Below the pieces are notes generated by a model. That model worked only from the letters and a program-made list of their open reading frames with translations. It was not told the DNA's origin and searched no databases. 64,000 bases of DNA from the NCBI GenBank assembly GCA_965219955.1, contig OZ244799.1:3168001-3232000 (forward strand), in the 5' to 3' direction. Within the stretch, counting starts at the first letter, position 1; the number at the start of each line of letters is the position of its first letter. A program made the translations under genes and the position numbers. This document shows, piece after piece, positions 48,603-58,091 of the stretch. The DNA comes from a bacterium (GTDB lineage Bacteria > UBA8248).

Positions 48603-48823
48603 GCCTCGCTCCCCTTTCGCCTTTCTCTATTTACCCATTCTGGACGTGAACATTCAAAATTTCAATACACGAATAAATAACGATAATACCACAAAAATGT
48701 TCCGGTGAACACCTCAAAAAAATTCCCCGCGCCGCAGGGCAACGGGGACTACCAAGGAGTTGTTGAAAAAGCCAGTTTACAACCTTTACGGAGATATCTC
48801 CCCACCAAGGAGAATTTCAAATC

Positions 48824-48984
48824 CACTCCCCCCTTGAGGGGGAGTCGAAGAGGCCGAGCGGTTTATGCGAAGGCCGATTCGGTGGGGGGTAAAATGCGTT
48901 TTTGCTCACTCCGATTTATCCCCCCACCAGTTCGCTTTCGGGCTTGCGCCCTCACCTCACTGACTCCCCCTCAAGGGGGGAGTG
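48824..48984. mobile_element. MITE-like element family A, copy 3 (opposite orientation, more diverged)
   Basis: Same TIRs; the interior matches the reverse complement of copies 1, 2 and 4. Confidence 0.8.
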
Positions 48985-49106
48985 AAACTTCTCTCTCACC
49001 GGTAGGTAAAATACACTGAATCTCGAAATAATGACTTTTACAACATCCCCTTGATGGGATTGTTGTAAAACCCCTCCCCGCTCGACAAACCTGCCCGCAT
49101 GACCCC

Positions 49107-49892
49107 TCAGATCGAATGCATCTCTCCCCCGTCGACCTGCAGGGCCGCGCCGGTGATGTAGCTCGCCCGCTCGCTGGCGAGGAAGGCCACCGCCGCCGCG
49201 AATTCCTCCGCTTCTCCGAGGCGACCGATGGCGATGTCCTTCGTCACCTCGGCGTAGACTTCCTCTTCGGTGCGACCGCTCTCCGCGGCCATCTTCGCGA
49301 TGCGCTCGGGCCAGTGGGTGTTGAAACGCCCCGGGTTCACGACGTTGACGAGAATCCCGTCGCGCACGAACTCGCCGGCGAGTGATTTCGTGAAGTTGAG
49401 CAGCGCGGCCTTGGACGCGTTCGAGACCACGCGGCGGGGCCGGGGCTGGCGGCTGCTCGTGGAGCCGGTCATGATGATGCGGCCCCACTTCTGCTTCTGC
49501 ATGTGGGGGATCACCAGGCGGCTGAACTCGGCCGCCGCGAAGAGAATGCTGCGCATCGAGTAATCCCAGTCGGCGCGCTCCACATCGAGAAAATCCTTCG
49601 TTGTGCTGACGCCCGCGTTGCTTACGAGAATATGGACCGTCCCGAAAAGGGCGACCGTCTCCTCCACCACGGCGGCGATGTCTTCCGCCACGCTCACGTC
49701 GCAGCGCATCGCGCGCACCACGCCTTCCGAGACCGACTGGATTTCCCGTTTCGCCGCCGACAGGCGCTCCTCGTTCCGCGCGCAGATGCAGACGTCGCAG
49801 CCCTCACGCGCGAGTTCCCTGGCGACCGCGAGGCCGAGCCCCGAGTTCCCGCCGGTGACGATGGCGGCTTTTCCGTGGAGTCCCAAATCCAT
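49107..49892 (-). CDS. Short-chain dehydrogenase/reductase
   Basis: TGGNSGLG, SNAG, WGRII, SNASK at the catalytic YxxxK position, YITG..LQVDGG. Confidence 0.92.
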   Translation of the reverse strand: MDLGLHGKAAIVTGGNSGLGLAVARELAREGCDVCICARNEERLSAAKREIQSVSEGVVRAMRCDVSVAEDIAAVVEETVALFGTVHILVSNAGVSTTKDFLDVERADWDYSMRSILFAAAEFSRLVIPHMQKQKWGRIIMTGSTSSRQPRPRRVVSNASKAALLNFTKSLAGEFVRDGILVNVVNPGRFNTHWPERIAKMAAESGRTEEEVYAEVTKDIAIGRLGEAEEFAAAVAFLASERASYITGAALQVDGGEMHSI

Positions 49893-49968
49893 ATTTTATC
49901 CTCTTGTAATGTACAAATCCGCTTACTCTGTCGCGACGTTTTACCCGGCTGATCAAAGAGAGAATACC

Positions 49969-50058
49969 GTAGGGGCGGACCTGTGTGTCCGCCCTGGTTT
50001 ATGTTTTCACCCAGCATGTTTTGACAGGATGCGGGCGGACACATAGGTCCGCCCCTAC
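49969..50058. repeat. GTAG REP doublet
   Basis: GTAGGGGCGGACCTGTGTGTCCGCCC ... GGGCGGACACATAGGTCCGCCCCTAC. Confidence 0.85.
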
Positions 50059-50112
50059 AACACATGAGCATCTCTTTGCGCCCTTATCGCATTTCACAGC
50101 ATCCCCTGGCGA

Positions 50113-50141
50113 TTGAGAATGCGCATACGCCCCCTTATAAT
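50113..50141 (+). promoter_or_regulatory. sigma70-type promoter for the AhpD-like selenoprotein gene
   Basis: TTGAGA-17 nt-TATAAT, followed by RBS GAGGAG and ATG at 50180. Confidence 0.65.
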
Positions 50142-50179
50142 CCACCGATTCCGCCGTTCGCCACCCGAGGAGAGAAAAT

Positions 50180-50452
50180 ATGACCGAGCGCGCCGATTTC
50201 CGCCAGTTCTACCGCGACGCCCATAAAGTGGATCTGCTCACCGACCGCGAGAAAATCCTGATGGGCCTGGCCATCGCCATCGTGCGCAACTGCCAGCCGT
50301 GAGTGGACCGCCGCCTGGCGGACGCCGGGAAAGCGGGCCTCTCCGAAGAGACGCTCGACGCCGCATTCGACTTGACCGCCGCCGTCATGGCGGGGGTCGC
50401 CCAGAGCATGAACCAGCGCTACAAGGCTTCTCTGAAACAGAGCGACTCCTAG
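50180..50452 (+). CDS. AhpD/carboxymuconolactone decarboxylase-like selenoprotein (CxxU; UGA at 50300-50302)
   Basis: Missing from the ORF track. Translation: MTERADFRQFYRDAHKVDLLTDREKILMGLAIAIVRNCQP-U-VDRRLADAGKAGLSEETLDAAFDLTAAVMAGVAQSMNQRYKASLKQSDS. The AhpD pattern continues across the UGA; promoter, RBS and hairpin are present. Confidence 0.82.
50311..50336 (+). promoter_or_regulatory. Putative bacterial SECIS hairpin
   Basis: Stem CCTGGC/GCCGGG with a GGAC loop starting at +18 after UGA; lower stem CCG/CGG. Confidence 0.55.
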
Positions 50453-50463
50453 AGACTCAGCGT

Positions 50464-51015
50464 ATGAAAGACTGGTTCAGGAGATTCACGGATTTCGACG
50501 ATCCGAACAAGCTGATGCCCTGGAAGGACAAAAGCCCCGAACCCCAGGGGGAGACGCCGGAGGATCATCCCCATATCCCCATCAAGCCGGTCTGGTATTT
50601 CGCCATGTATTTCATCATGGGCGTGGGGTTCGACACCCTGTTCCCCACCTACGCTTTTCCCGAGAACGTGCGCTTCACGCTCGGGGCGGGGCTGGTGCTC
50701 CTGGGCGCCGTGATGAACTCGACCTCCCTCGTCTGCTACAGAAACGCCCGCACGAACCACGAGACGGACAAGCCTGCGCACGCCCTCATCACGGAGGGGC
50801 CCTATCGCTTCTCGCGCAACCCCATCTACCTCGGCTACATATGCCTCTTCCTGGGGCTCGGGATTTTCCTCAACAACCTGTGGATATTCGTCCTGGGCGC
50901 GCCGCTCCTCGCCACGGTGCAGGTGGCCATCGTCGCGCGCGAGGAGGATTACCTCGCGGAGAAATTCGGCGGGGAATACGGCGAATACTGCCAGAGCGTG
51001 CGCCGCTGGCTGTAG
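50464..51015 (+). CDS. Isoprenylcysteine carboxyl methyltransferase (ICMT/PEMT) family membrane protein
   Basis: LITEGPYRFSRNPIYLG, REE.YL..KFG.EY..Y...VRRWL. Confidence 0.9.
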   Translation: MKDWFRRFTDFDDPNKLMPWKDKSPEPQGETPEDHPHIPIKPVWYFAMYFIMGVGFDTLFPTYAFPENVRFTLGAGLVLLGAVMNSTSLVCYRNARTNHETDKPAHALITEGPYRFSRNPIYLGYICLFLGLGIFLNNLWIFVLGAPLLATVQVAIVAREEDYLAEKFGGEYGEYCQSVRRWL

Positions 51016-51029
51016 GGCGGCGGTGGGGG

Positions 51030-51516
51030 GTAACCCGCAGGGACAACCCCTCCTCGGGGTTGTCCTGCCCTCCATGGTTGTCCTTCGTCGGGGTGTCGGA
51101 CAGGCACGGAGGCCTGTCCCTGCGCCTCGTATCGAACGCGGCATCTCGTAGGGGTCAGACATATATGTCTGACGATGTGTCCGCCCTTGTCATCGGTTTG
51201 AAAGGCAACCCCCCCTACCCCCCTTGTCAGGGTTGTTGAAACAGTCCGAGGAGAGAGGAATCACTCCCCCCTTGAGGGGGAGTCGAAGAGCTGAGGGCGT
51301 AAGCCCGAAAGCGATTCGGTGGGGGGTATAACTCAGAATGGCAATAAAACGCATTTTACCCCCCACCGATTCAGCCTTCGCACAAACCGCTCGGCTTCAT
51401 CGACTCCCCCTCAAGGGGGGAGTGGTTAGTACCCTGCAAGGGAGGAGTAAAGTTTCATCCCTCCATAGTCGGCTCTATAAGTGGAATCACAAAATTGGGT
51501 CATTTTTCAACAACCC
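51030..51516. repeat. REP cluster and shell (51230-51516) enclosing MITE family A copy 4 (51262-51424)
   Basis: GTAG/GCAG palindromes, a family B half-site, and GGGTTGTTGAAA...TTTTTCAACAACCC. Confidence 0.82.
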
Positions 51517-51535
51517 ATCTAACGCACCTCACTCG

Positions 51536-51571
51536 AAAAAAAGAGGCCGCCCCCGGCGGAGCGGCCCCTTT
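51536..51571 (-). terminator. Intrinsic terminator after the DUF296 gene
   Basis: Minus strand GGGGCCGCTCC..GGGGCGGCCTC followed by TTTTTTT. Confidence 0.7.
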
Positions 51572-51600
51572 AAGATGAATCCGGTTGATCCCCGATAAGA

Positions 51601-52206
51601 CTAACGCACCCCCTTGGGCTTGGGGCGCGCCTTGCGCCTGGTGATCTCTTTCTTGATCGCGGCGTCGGATTTCCCGTTCGTCTCGATGCCGAAGACCTCG
51701 CCGACGCGGGTGTGCTTGTCCATCAGGCGCATGAAGGAGATGTCCGACAATTCCGCGATCACCATCTCACAGGTGCTGAAGATGGTGCAGCCCTCCACGA
51801 GGTGGCCACCGAAGCACGTCGCCTCGGGCCGGCCCATCGAGATGGTGACGTGGGCGTGGAGGTAGGGCTCGCCCGCCTCGGTCTGGGTGATGTTGCCGCT
51901 CATCTGCAGGAGTTCGAGCGGGCCGTTGATCGGCGTGAAGATGCGGCAATCGTCGTTGATGGGGAACGGGTTGGGGAACTGCCAGACGTTTCTGAGGACC
52001 GCCTTTTGAAGGCTCGCCGCCACGCTCAGGATGACGCCCGCCTTCACGCCCTTCTCCTGGCAAATCTTGAGCGTGGTGCCGAACAGATCGTCGCCGGGCG
52101 CCATGCGGATGGCCAGGACGCGGCCGATGCCCGCCTCGGCCACGTCGTAGCGGGCCTTGCGGGTCTTCCAGTTGGAATTATCGAAACTCGTCAGTTTTCT
52201 CGCCAT
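51601..52206 (-). CDS. PPC domain (DUF296) protein
   Basis: RM.PG.DL, ELLQMSGNI, HAHVTI, FGGHL.EG, T.E.V. Confidence 0.88.
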   Translation of the reverse strand: MARKLTSFDNSNWKTRKARYDVAEAGIGRVLAIRMAPGDDLFGTTLKICQEKGVKAGVILSVAASLQKAVLRNVWQFPNPFPINDDCRIFTPINGPLELLQMSGNITQTEAGEPYLHAHVTISMGRPEATCFGGHLVEGCTIFSTCEMVIAELSDISFMRLMDKHTRVGEVFGIETNGKSDAAIKKEITRRKARPKPKGVR

Positions 52207-52337
52207 GGATACTCATTCTCCCTGAGAGGCGTCCCGCCTCGTATGTGAAAAGATACGTTGAACGCGAAATTTTCGGGGTTATACCACACCGGATGCGCGC
52301 GCGCATTCCGGGTCTGGATACGCGCGGCGAAACCGCC

Positions 52338-53612
52338 TCAAGCGCTCGGCGCTTCGTAGCGGACCTCCCCGTTCGTGACGGTGCAGACGACGAACGCGTC
52401 CTCATCGAACACGTCGCCCAGGTGCAAACCGCCCAAGCCGCGCGGCGGGCAGACGACGCAGAAATCCGCCGCGCCGCCGGGCTTCAGGACGCCCAGGCCC
52501 TCGAAGCCGAGCGCCTCGGCGCCCGAGCGGGTGCACATCTCGAGCAGTTCGGCGTCGCTTATCTCCGCATCCGCCTCCCTGAGCGCGCGGGCCTCATCCA
52601 GGAGCGAGAGCGAGGGGCTGCTCGCCAGGCTGTCGGTTCCCAGGCAAAGCTCCAGACCCGCCTCGCGCATGCGCGCCGCATCGGCGAAGGGATGATCGAA
52701 AAAACGCGCCGACCGCGGACAAAGGCAAACGCGCACCCCGTTCTTCCTCAAGAGCGTCCAGTCCTCCGCGTTCGTCTGGTTCGCGTGAACGGCGAGGGCG
52801 AGGCCGCCCAGCGCGCCCGCCAGATCGAGATGGGCGGCGGGCCGAAGCCCCGAGGGCCTGAAGCCGTCCAGCGCGCCGTTCAGCGCCCGGTGGACCCTCG
52901 CAAGCGCGCCGCCGCCGTCTTGCAGGAATTCGACCTCCTCAGCGCTCTCGCCCAGGTGCGTCGCCACGGGCCAGCCCCTCGCCCTCGCTTCAACGAGTAC
53001 CGCGCGGTAGAGGGCGAGCGATGCGCTATAGGGCGCATGGGGGCTCAGGCCGTGCCGCACGGCGCCCGGTATGGGGCCTTCGTATTCGGGGAAGAGGTCG
53101 CAGGCCTTCATTTTTTCCGCCAGAATCTCGTCGGCCCGCTCAGGGTCCAGCCCGAGCACCTCGTGGAACACCACCCCGCGCATCCCTCCGCCCGCCATCG
53201 CCGTGGCGCTCTCGCCAGAGGCCGATACGTCGCCGGCGCAGGTGACGCCCGCCGCGAGGCTCGCGGCGGCGCCGATTTGGGCCGAGGACAGGAACAGATG
53301 CGCGGGCCAGCCTCTCATCTCGCGCACGAGGGAGACGATCCACTCCTCCATCGGCCCGGGCTCGCGCTTGAGACCCGAGAGTTCGAGGTGCGTATGCGCG
53401 TTCACGAGGCCGGGAATCAGGATGGCGCGCCCGAAATCGCGCTCCCCGGCCACGGGTTCGGCGGGACGAACGAAGGCCTCCTCGCCCACCGCCAGAACGC
53501 GGCCCCCGGAAGTCAGTATCGCCCCGCGCCGGATGGGCGGCCCGTCCACCGGACAGACCAGGTCCGCCAGCCAAAGCTCCATCTTCTGCGCCTGGGGAGG
53601 TTCCGTCGTCAC
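52338..53612 (-). CDS. Amidohydrolase, probable aminofutalosine deaminase
   Basis: PGLVNAHTHLELS, SPHAPYS, THLGES..E, CPRS, LGTDSLAS; directly downstream of mqnC. Confidence 0.75.
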   Translation of the reverse strand: MTTEPPQAQKMELWLADLVCPVDGPPIRRGAILTSGGRVLAVGEEAFVRPAEPVAGERDFGRAILIPGLVNAHTHLELSGLKREPGPMEEWIVSLVREMRGWPAHLFLSSAQIGAAASLAAGVTCAGDVSASGESATAMAGGGMRGVVFHEVLGLDPERADEILAEKMKACDLFPEYEGPIPGAVRHGLSPHAPYSASLALYRAVLVEARARGWPVATHLGESAEEVEFLQDGGGALARVHRALNGALDGFRPSGLRPAAHLDLAGALGGLALAVHANQTNAEDWTLLRKNGVRVCLCPRSARFFDHPFADAARMREAGLELCLGTDSLASSPSLSLLDEARALREADAEISDAELLEMCTRSGAEALGFEGLGVLKPGGAADFCVVCPPRGLGGLHLGDVFDEDAFVVCTVTNGEVRYEAPSA

Positions 53613-53624
53613 GGGAGAGCGTTG

Positions 53625-54704
53625 CTAGATCAATTCGTAGAAGAAATTGCGCCGCCTGGGCGTAAAGCCCGCGTTCCGCGCCATGCGGTGGAGGTCGTCC
53701 TCGTTCAAAGCATAGGTCGTGCCGGCGGCGCTCACCACGTTTTCCTCCAGCATGGTGGAGCCCATGTCGTTGCAGCCGTAGTGCAGCGAAATCTCGCCTA
53801 TCTTCATCCCCTGCGTCACCCAGGAGGACTGGAAGTTCGCGATGTTGTCCAGATACAGACGGCTGATCGCCAGCATCCTCAAATACTCGCTGCTGCCCAC
53901 CGTCTGCGCCTTGAGCGGCGCCGCGCCGTCGTTCTGGAATGTCCAGCAGATATAGGCCGTGAAGCCGCCCGTCTCGTCCTGTAGCTCGCGCAGGCGGTGT
54001 AAATGCTCGACCCGTTCGGCATCCGTCTCCACGTGGCCGAACATCATCGTGGCGCTGGAGCGGATGCCCAGGTTGTGGGCGACGCGCATGACCTCGAGCC
54101 AGCCCTCGGTATCGACTTTGAGCCTCGAAATCTTCTCCCGCACGCGGTCGACGAGAATCTCGCCGCCGCCGCCCGGCACGGAATCGAGGCCCGCCGTGCG
54201 CAGGCGCGTGAGCACCACCTCATAGGGCATGTCTTCCAGCCTCGCGATGTGGTGAATCTCCGGCGGACTGAGCGCATGGAGATGGAGGTCGGGGAATTCC
54301 CCCTTTATCCAGGAGAAGAGCTCCTCGTACCACTCGATTCGGAGGTCCGGATGGTGGCCCCCCTGGAGCAGGATCTGTCTGCCGCCGACGGCGTAGAGTT
54401 CGTCGAGTTTCTGCCGAATCTCCTCGCGCGTGCGGATGTAGGCCTCGGGATGATCGCCCGGCGGGCGGTAGAACGCGCAGAAAGTGCAGTAGACGTCGCA
54501 CACGTTCGTGTAGTTGATGTTCCTGTCCACGCAGTAGGTGGCGTAGCCCTCGGGATGAAGGCGCGCGCGAACGTCATCCGCCGCGGCGCCGAGCGCGACC
54601 AGGTCGTCGCCTTCGAGCAGGGCGAGCCCCTCCTCGAAAGAGAGCCGCTCGCCTCCCGCCGCCTTTTCGATCGCATCGTAGAACGCCGTCGTCGCCGTGG
54701 TCAT
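53625..54704 (-). CDS. mqnC: Cyclic dehypoxanthine futalosine synthase (radical SAM)
   Basis: DRNINYTNVCDVYCTFCAF, LLQGGHHP, PGGGGEIL, QSSWVTQG, D.GSTMLEENVVSAAG. Confidence 0.93.
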   Translation of the reverse strand: MTTATTAFYDAIEKAAGGERLSFEEGLALLEGDDLVALGAAADDVRARLHPEGYATYCVDRNINYTNVCDVYCTFCAFYRPPGDHPEAYIRTREEIRQKLDELYAVGGRQILLQGGHHPDLRIEWYEELFSWIKGEFPDLHLHALSPPEIHHIARLEDMPYEVVLTRLRTAGLDSVPGGGGEILVDRVREKISRLKVDTEGWLEVMRVAHNLGIRSSATMMFGHVETDAERVEHLHRLRELQDETGGFTAYICWTFQNDGAAPLKAQTVGSSEYLRMLAISRLYLDNIANFQSSWVTQGMKIGEISLHYGCNDMGSTMLEENVVSAAGTTYALNEDDLHRMARNAGFTPRRRNFFYELI

Positions 54705-54789
54705 GGATTTCCTCGGATGTAGTTCCAAGCCTCCCGAATAATGCGCGAGAGACTTGAGCAGGTCAACAGATGAAACCGGCGGGGAGAAT

Positions 54790-55112
54790 GGGGGTGTTGG
54801 ACAAGTCCTGTCCGCCCTTGGAGATTATTCGCCGTAGGGACAGGCCCCCGTGCCTGTCCGTGGCCCTCGCGCCCTCGCTGTATCGGAGTGAATACGACCG
54901 ACGGGCGGCCACAGGGGGCCGCCCCTACGAACCCCCCCTACCCCCCTTGTCAGGGGTCAAACGCGAGTGATGAACGAGCGTTTGCATGAGCCATTAACGA
55001 GAAACACATCGTCTTGCAAAACCTCCCTCTTCGGTCGGTTTTGACCCCTGACAAGGGGGGGTAGGGGGGGTTGCTTTTATCCCCTGAGGAGGGGGGCTTT
55101 TTCAATAGTCCC
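54790..55112. repeat. Shell enclosing a GTAG doublet and a family B doublet (54930-55073)
   Basis: GGGGTGTTGGACAA...GGGCTTTTTCAATAGTCCC; overlaps the cyclase stop codon. Confidence 0.78.
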
Positions 55113-56826
55113 GACTCGTTCTCCGCTCCGGCGCCACGTCGCGGGGATTCTCGACCGCGCGGATGGTGAGGGGCGCTGCGCGGTTTCTTACCTCGATCTG
55201 GTGCGCGGGAAAGGCGGAGACGTCCGCGCCCGCGCGCTCGGCCACCTGGGCGGAGATGACGAGCCTGCAACCGTATTCCTTGGTCAGGTCCTGTAAGCGG
55301 CTGGCCGTGTTCACCGTATCGCCCACCGCCGTGAGATACTTCGCCACGCCGCGGCCCATGTGGCCCACCACGGTGGGGCCGGTGTGTATGCCGACCCCGA
55401 CGCGGAGGGGTTCCTCCAGTTCATCGGCAAGCGTCTCGCTCATCTCCTCGATCGCTTCCACGATGGCGCAGGCGGCCGCCAGGGCCTGCCTGCATCCCTC
55501 CTCGGGGCCTCCTTCCACGCCGAAGAGCGCCATGACGCCGTCTCCCACGAACTGGTTGATGAGACCCCCCTCCTTCGTGATCGCCTCGCCCATCACGTCG
55601 AAGTAGCAATTGAGGAAGAACACGACGTCGTAGGGGAGTTTCTTCTCCGCGATGCGGGTGAAGCCCCTGAGATCCGCGAAGAGGACGGCCACGCCGCGCT
55701 CCTGGCCTGCGGCGTAGCCCTTTTGCGCGAAACCCTGCGCCGCGTCCGCGCCTGCGGGCAGCAGGAGCAGCACCGAGAGGTCCGCCCCCGGCCGCAACTG
55801 GCACGCCAGGCGAACGTCGGGCGCGGCCTTGATGCGCTCCAGAACGCGCTGCTCCTCGGGCTGTGCGGGTGGTATGGCATCCGCCCCGCCCAGCAGTTTC
55901 ACCCGGCAGGTGGAGCACCGCCCGCGCCCCCCGCATACGGAGGCATGCGGTATATCTGCGGCCCGGCTCGCCTCCAGCACGGTGGAGCCCACCGGCGCGA
56001 CGGCCTCGCGCCCGCCCGCATAGGCGACGCGGAACGTCTTTCGCATCCGCTCCCGCGCACTGCGCGCTCCCCTGGCTGCGAACACCAGCGCAATCAGGCC
56101 CAGATAGCCCCACCAGAGCGTGTCGCGCGCGAGGTGGAGTTCTCCCCTCTGGGCGCGGTTCGGCATCCCGGTGCGGCTGAGCATCGCGCGCCGCCACTCC
56201 GCGTCCACCGAGAGCCTCGCCGCCTCGCGACCGCCCTGGCTGAAGCCCGCCAGCGAAAGAGCGGCGATGAGCACCATGACGGACAGACACGCCGGGAACC
56301 ACTTGGAGTACCAGGGCTTGAGCCTCAGCCAGTAGTGGAGGCCCACGCAGGCGTGCGCCCAGGCGATGAGCAGAAAAATCGACTGCTTGAGGCCCACGTC
56401 CGGAGAGCGCTCCCAGTAGAGGTACATCAGGCGCTCGTAGGTATCGATCGTGCCGAACCACTCATGGGCCAGGCGCGTGCCCACGACGTGCGAGATCATG
56501 AACAGGGGGATGGACAGACCCAAAATGATCTGGACGGCTTCCCACAGCGGCATCCTGAGGCTGCGGCGGTTGAACAGGCCGTACATCGCAAGCGCCGTAT
56601 GCAGGATGAGCGAACTGTAAAAGAGCACCGAACCCGGAACGCTCCGCCAGAACCCCAGAAACCAGTATCTGCCCGCGTCCATCGCGGCGAGCGAGGCCAG
56701 ACCCAGGGCGTGGTTCAGAAGATGGGTGATGAGAAAGAGGAAAAGGACGCAGCCGGTCGCGAGACTCATGCGTCTGCGCCAGTGTTCGATTTTCGAGGCG
56801 GCGGCAGACGCTTCCGTGGTCATCAA
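55102..56826 (-). CDS. Class III nucleotide cyclase with His-containing membrane domain and 2Fe-2S ferredoxin domain (CyaC-like)
   Basis: TM helices with His (THLLNH, ILH, SHV, AH..GLH); CGGRGRCSTC...RLACQ; FADLRGFT, GDGVMALFG, GDTVNTASRL. Confidence 0.9.
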   Translation of the reverse strand: MMTTEASAAASKIEHWRRRMSLATGCVLFLFLITHLLNHALGLASLAAMDAGRYWFLGFWRSVPGSVLFYSSLILHTALAMYGLFNRRSLRMPLWEAVQIILGLSIPLFMISHVVGTRLAHEWFGTIDTYERLMYLYWERSPDVGLKQSIFLLIAWAHACVGLHYWLRLKPWYSKWFPACLSVMVLIAALSLAGFSQGGREAARLSVDAEWRRAMLSRTGMPNRAQRGELHLARDTLWWGYLGLIALVFAARGARSARERMRKTFRVAYAGGREAVAPVGSTVLEASRAADIPHASVCGGRGRCSTCRVKLLGGADAIPPAQPEEQRVLERIKAAPDVRLACQLRPGADLSVLLLLPAGADAAQGFAQKGYAAGQERGVAVLFADLRGFTRIAEKKLPYDVVFFLNCYFDVMGEAITKEGGLINQFVGDGVMALFGVEGGPEEGCRQALAAACAIVEAIEEMSETLADELEEPLRVGVGIHTGPTVVGHMGRGVAKYLTAVGDTVNTASRLQDLTKEYGCRLVISAQVAERAGADVSAFPAHQIEVRNRAAPLTIRAVENPRDVAPERRTSRDY

Positions 56827-56837
56827 ACCAACCTCCA

Positions 56838-57217
56838 GGGGGTTGTTGAAAAAACCCCGTTTCGGGAGCGGGCGGTCGGCTCACGCGGCGGCGGAGAGGG
56901 AACCCAATCGACGAAAGAGGCCGCGATGTTGGCGCCGACGGCGTTTTCGGGCGGCGCAGGCTCTCGCCTTGAAAACCAACCCCCTACCCCCCCCTTGTCG
57001 GGCCTGATGAAAAAGCCTGGTCTGCCCCTCCGCAAACCGCCAACACCTCTTTCCTCACCCTGAGTAGCCGCCGAAGGCGGCGTATCGAAGGGCGCGGAGA
57101 GTCGAACGCCTCGCGCCGGGTGAGGGCAAACACTCATTCATCAATCGCATTTGACCTTCGATACGCGGCTCCGCCGCTACTCAGGATGAAGCGGAAGGGG
57201 GTTTTTCAACAGTCCCC
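56838..57217. repeat. Shell(s) enclosing a family B half-site and a CTGAGTAG..TATCGAAG doublet (57053-57189)
   Basis: GGGGGTTGTTGAAAAAA...GGGGGTTTTTCAACAGTCCCC. Confidence 0.78.
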
Positions 57218-57228
57218 CAAAAGACGAA

Positions 57229-58020
57229 TCAGAGTGGGTTGTTCTCCAGAAACTTTTCCATCTCCGCGATGAAGGCCTCGGGCTGATCCCAGAAGGAGCT
57301 GTGGCCCGCATCGGGGATGATCGAAGTCGTGCAATCGGGCACGTGCTTCGCGTACACTTCGCTGAAATCGATGGGGCCGGCGTCGTTCTCCCCGTGGCAC
57401 ACCCAGGTGGGGACGGAGATTCTGTGCAGTTCGTCTCTTAAAACCGGTATCGTGAACAGCGCGTGCGCGGTATCGGCGAACGTCTGCGGCGTGTTCTTGA
57501 GGAAATTCTCTCTATACTCCGCCGCCAGGGGTCCCTCGCGCATTCCCTCGGGGACTTCGTCGCGGCGCAGCTTGAATTCGTGCAACGCTTCCATCCCTTC
57601 GGCTTCGGCCACCTTCAGGTGCTCCTCGAACATCTGCCGGTACGCGCCCGAGGGCGGGCCTGCGGACGAGGCGGAGAGCATGAGGCGGCTCAGTCGCCCG
57701 GAATGCTGGATACCCACCATGGTGCCCGTGCGCCCGCCCATGCTGTGGCCGAGATAATCCACCCGCTCGATGCCGAGCGCGTCCAGAAAGCCCACGACGT
57801 CATCCGCGAAGGCCTGGATGGTGTAGGGGCCGCGCGGCTTGTCCGAATCGCCGTGTCCGCGCAGGTCGAGCGCGTAGACGCGGAAGCGCTCCGAGAGCCA
57901 GTCGAAGAGAGGGGTAAAGCTGAAGTGCGAGTTCTGGAACCCGTGCACCGCAAGGAGCGGCGTTCCTTCGCCTCGTTCGATGTAATGGATGTCGATTCCG
58001 TTCACGCGCGCTTTCGGCAA
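57229..58020 (-). CDS. Alpha/beta hydrolase
   Basis: HGF, DLRGHGDS, GHSMGG nucleophile elbow, GEND, DAGH. Confidence 0.92.
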   Translation of the reverse strand: MPKARVNGIDIHYIERGEGTPLLAVHGFQNSHFSFTPLFDWLSERFRVYALDLRGHGDSDKPRGPYTIQAFADDVVGFLDALGIERVDYLGHSMGGRTGTMVGIQHSGRLSRLMLSASSAGPPSGAYRQMFEEHLKVAEAEGMEALHEFKLRRDEVPEGMREGPLAAEYRENFLKNTPQTFADTAHALFTIPVLRDELHRISVPTWVCHGENDAGPIDFSEVYAKHVPDCTTSIIPDAGHSSFWDQPEAFIAEMEKFLENNPL

Positions 58021-58091
58021 GGTTTTTCTCCTTATATTTCGCCACGTCTCATCAATAATCGACGCTGTCGTTCTTTAGACGCTTCAAAGTT

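Noticed and set aside
49107-49892. SDR lacking the catalytic Tyr as a pseudoenzyme
   Set aside because: SNxxK/R in place of YxxxK marks a known SDR subgroup, and the ORF is intact.
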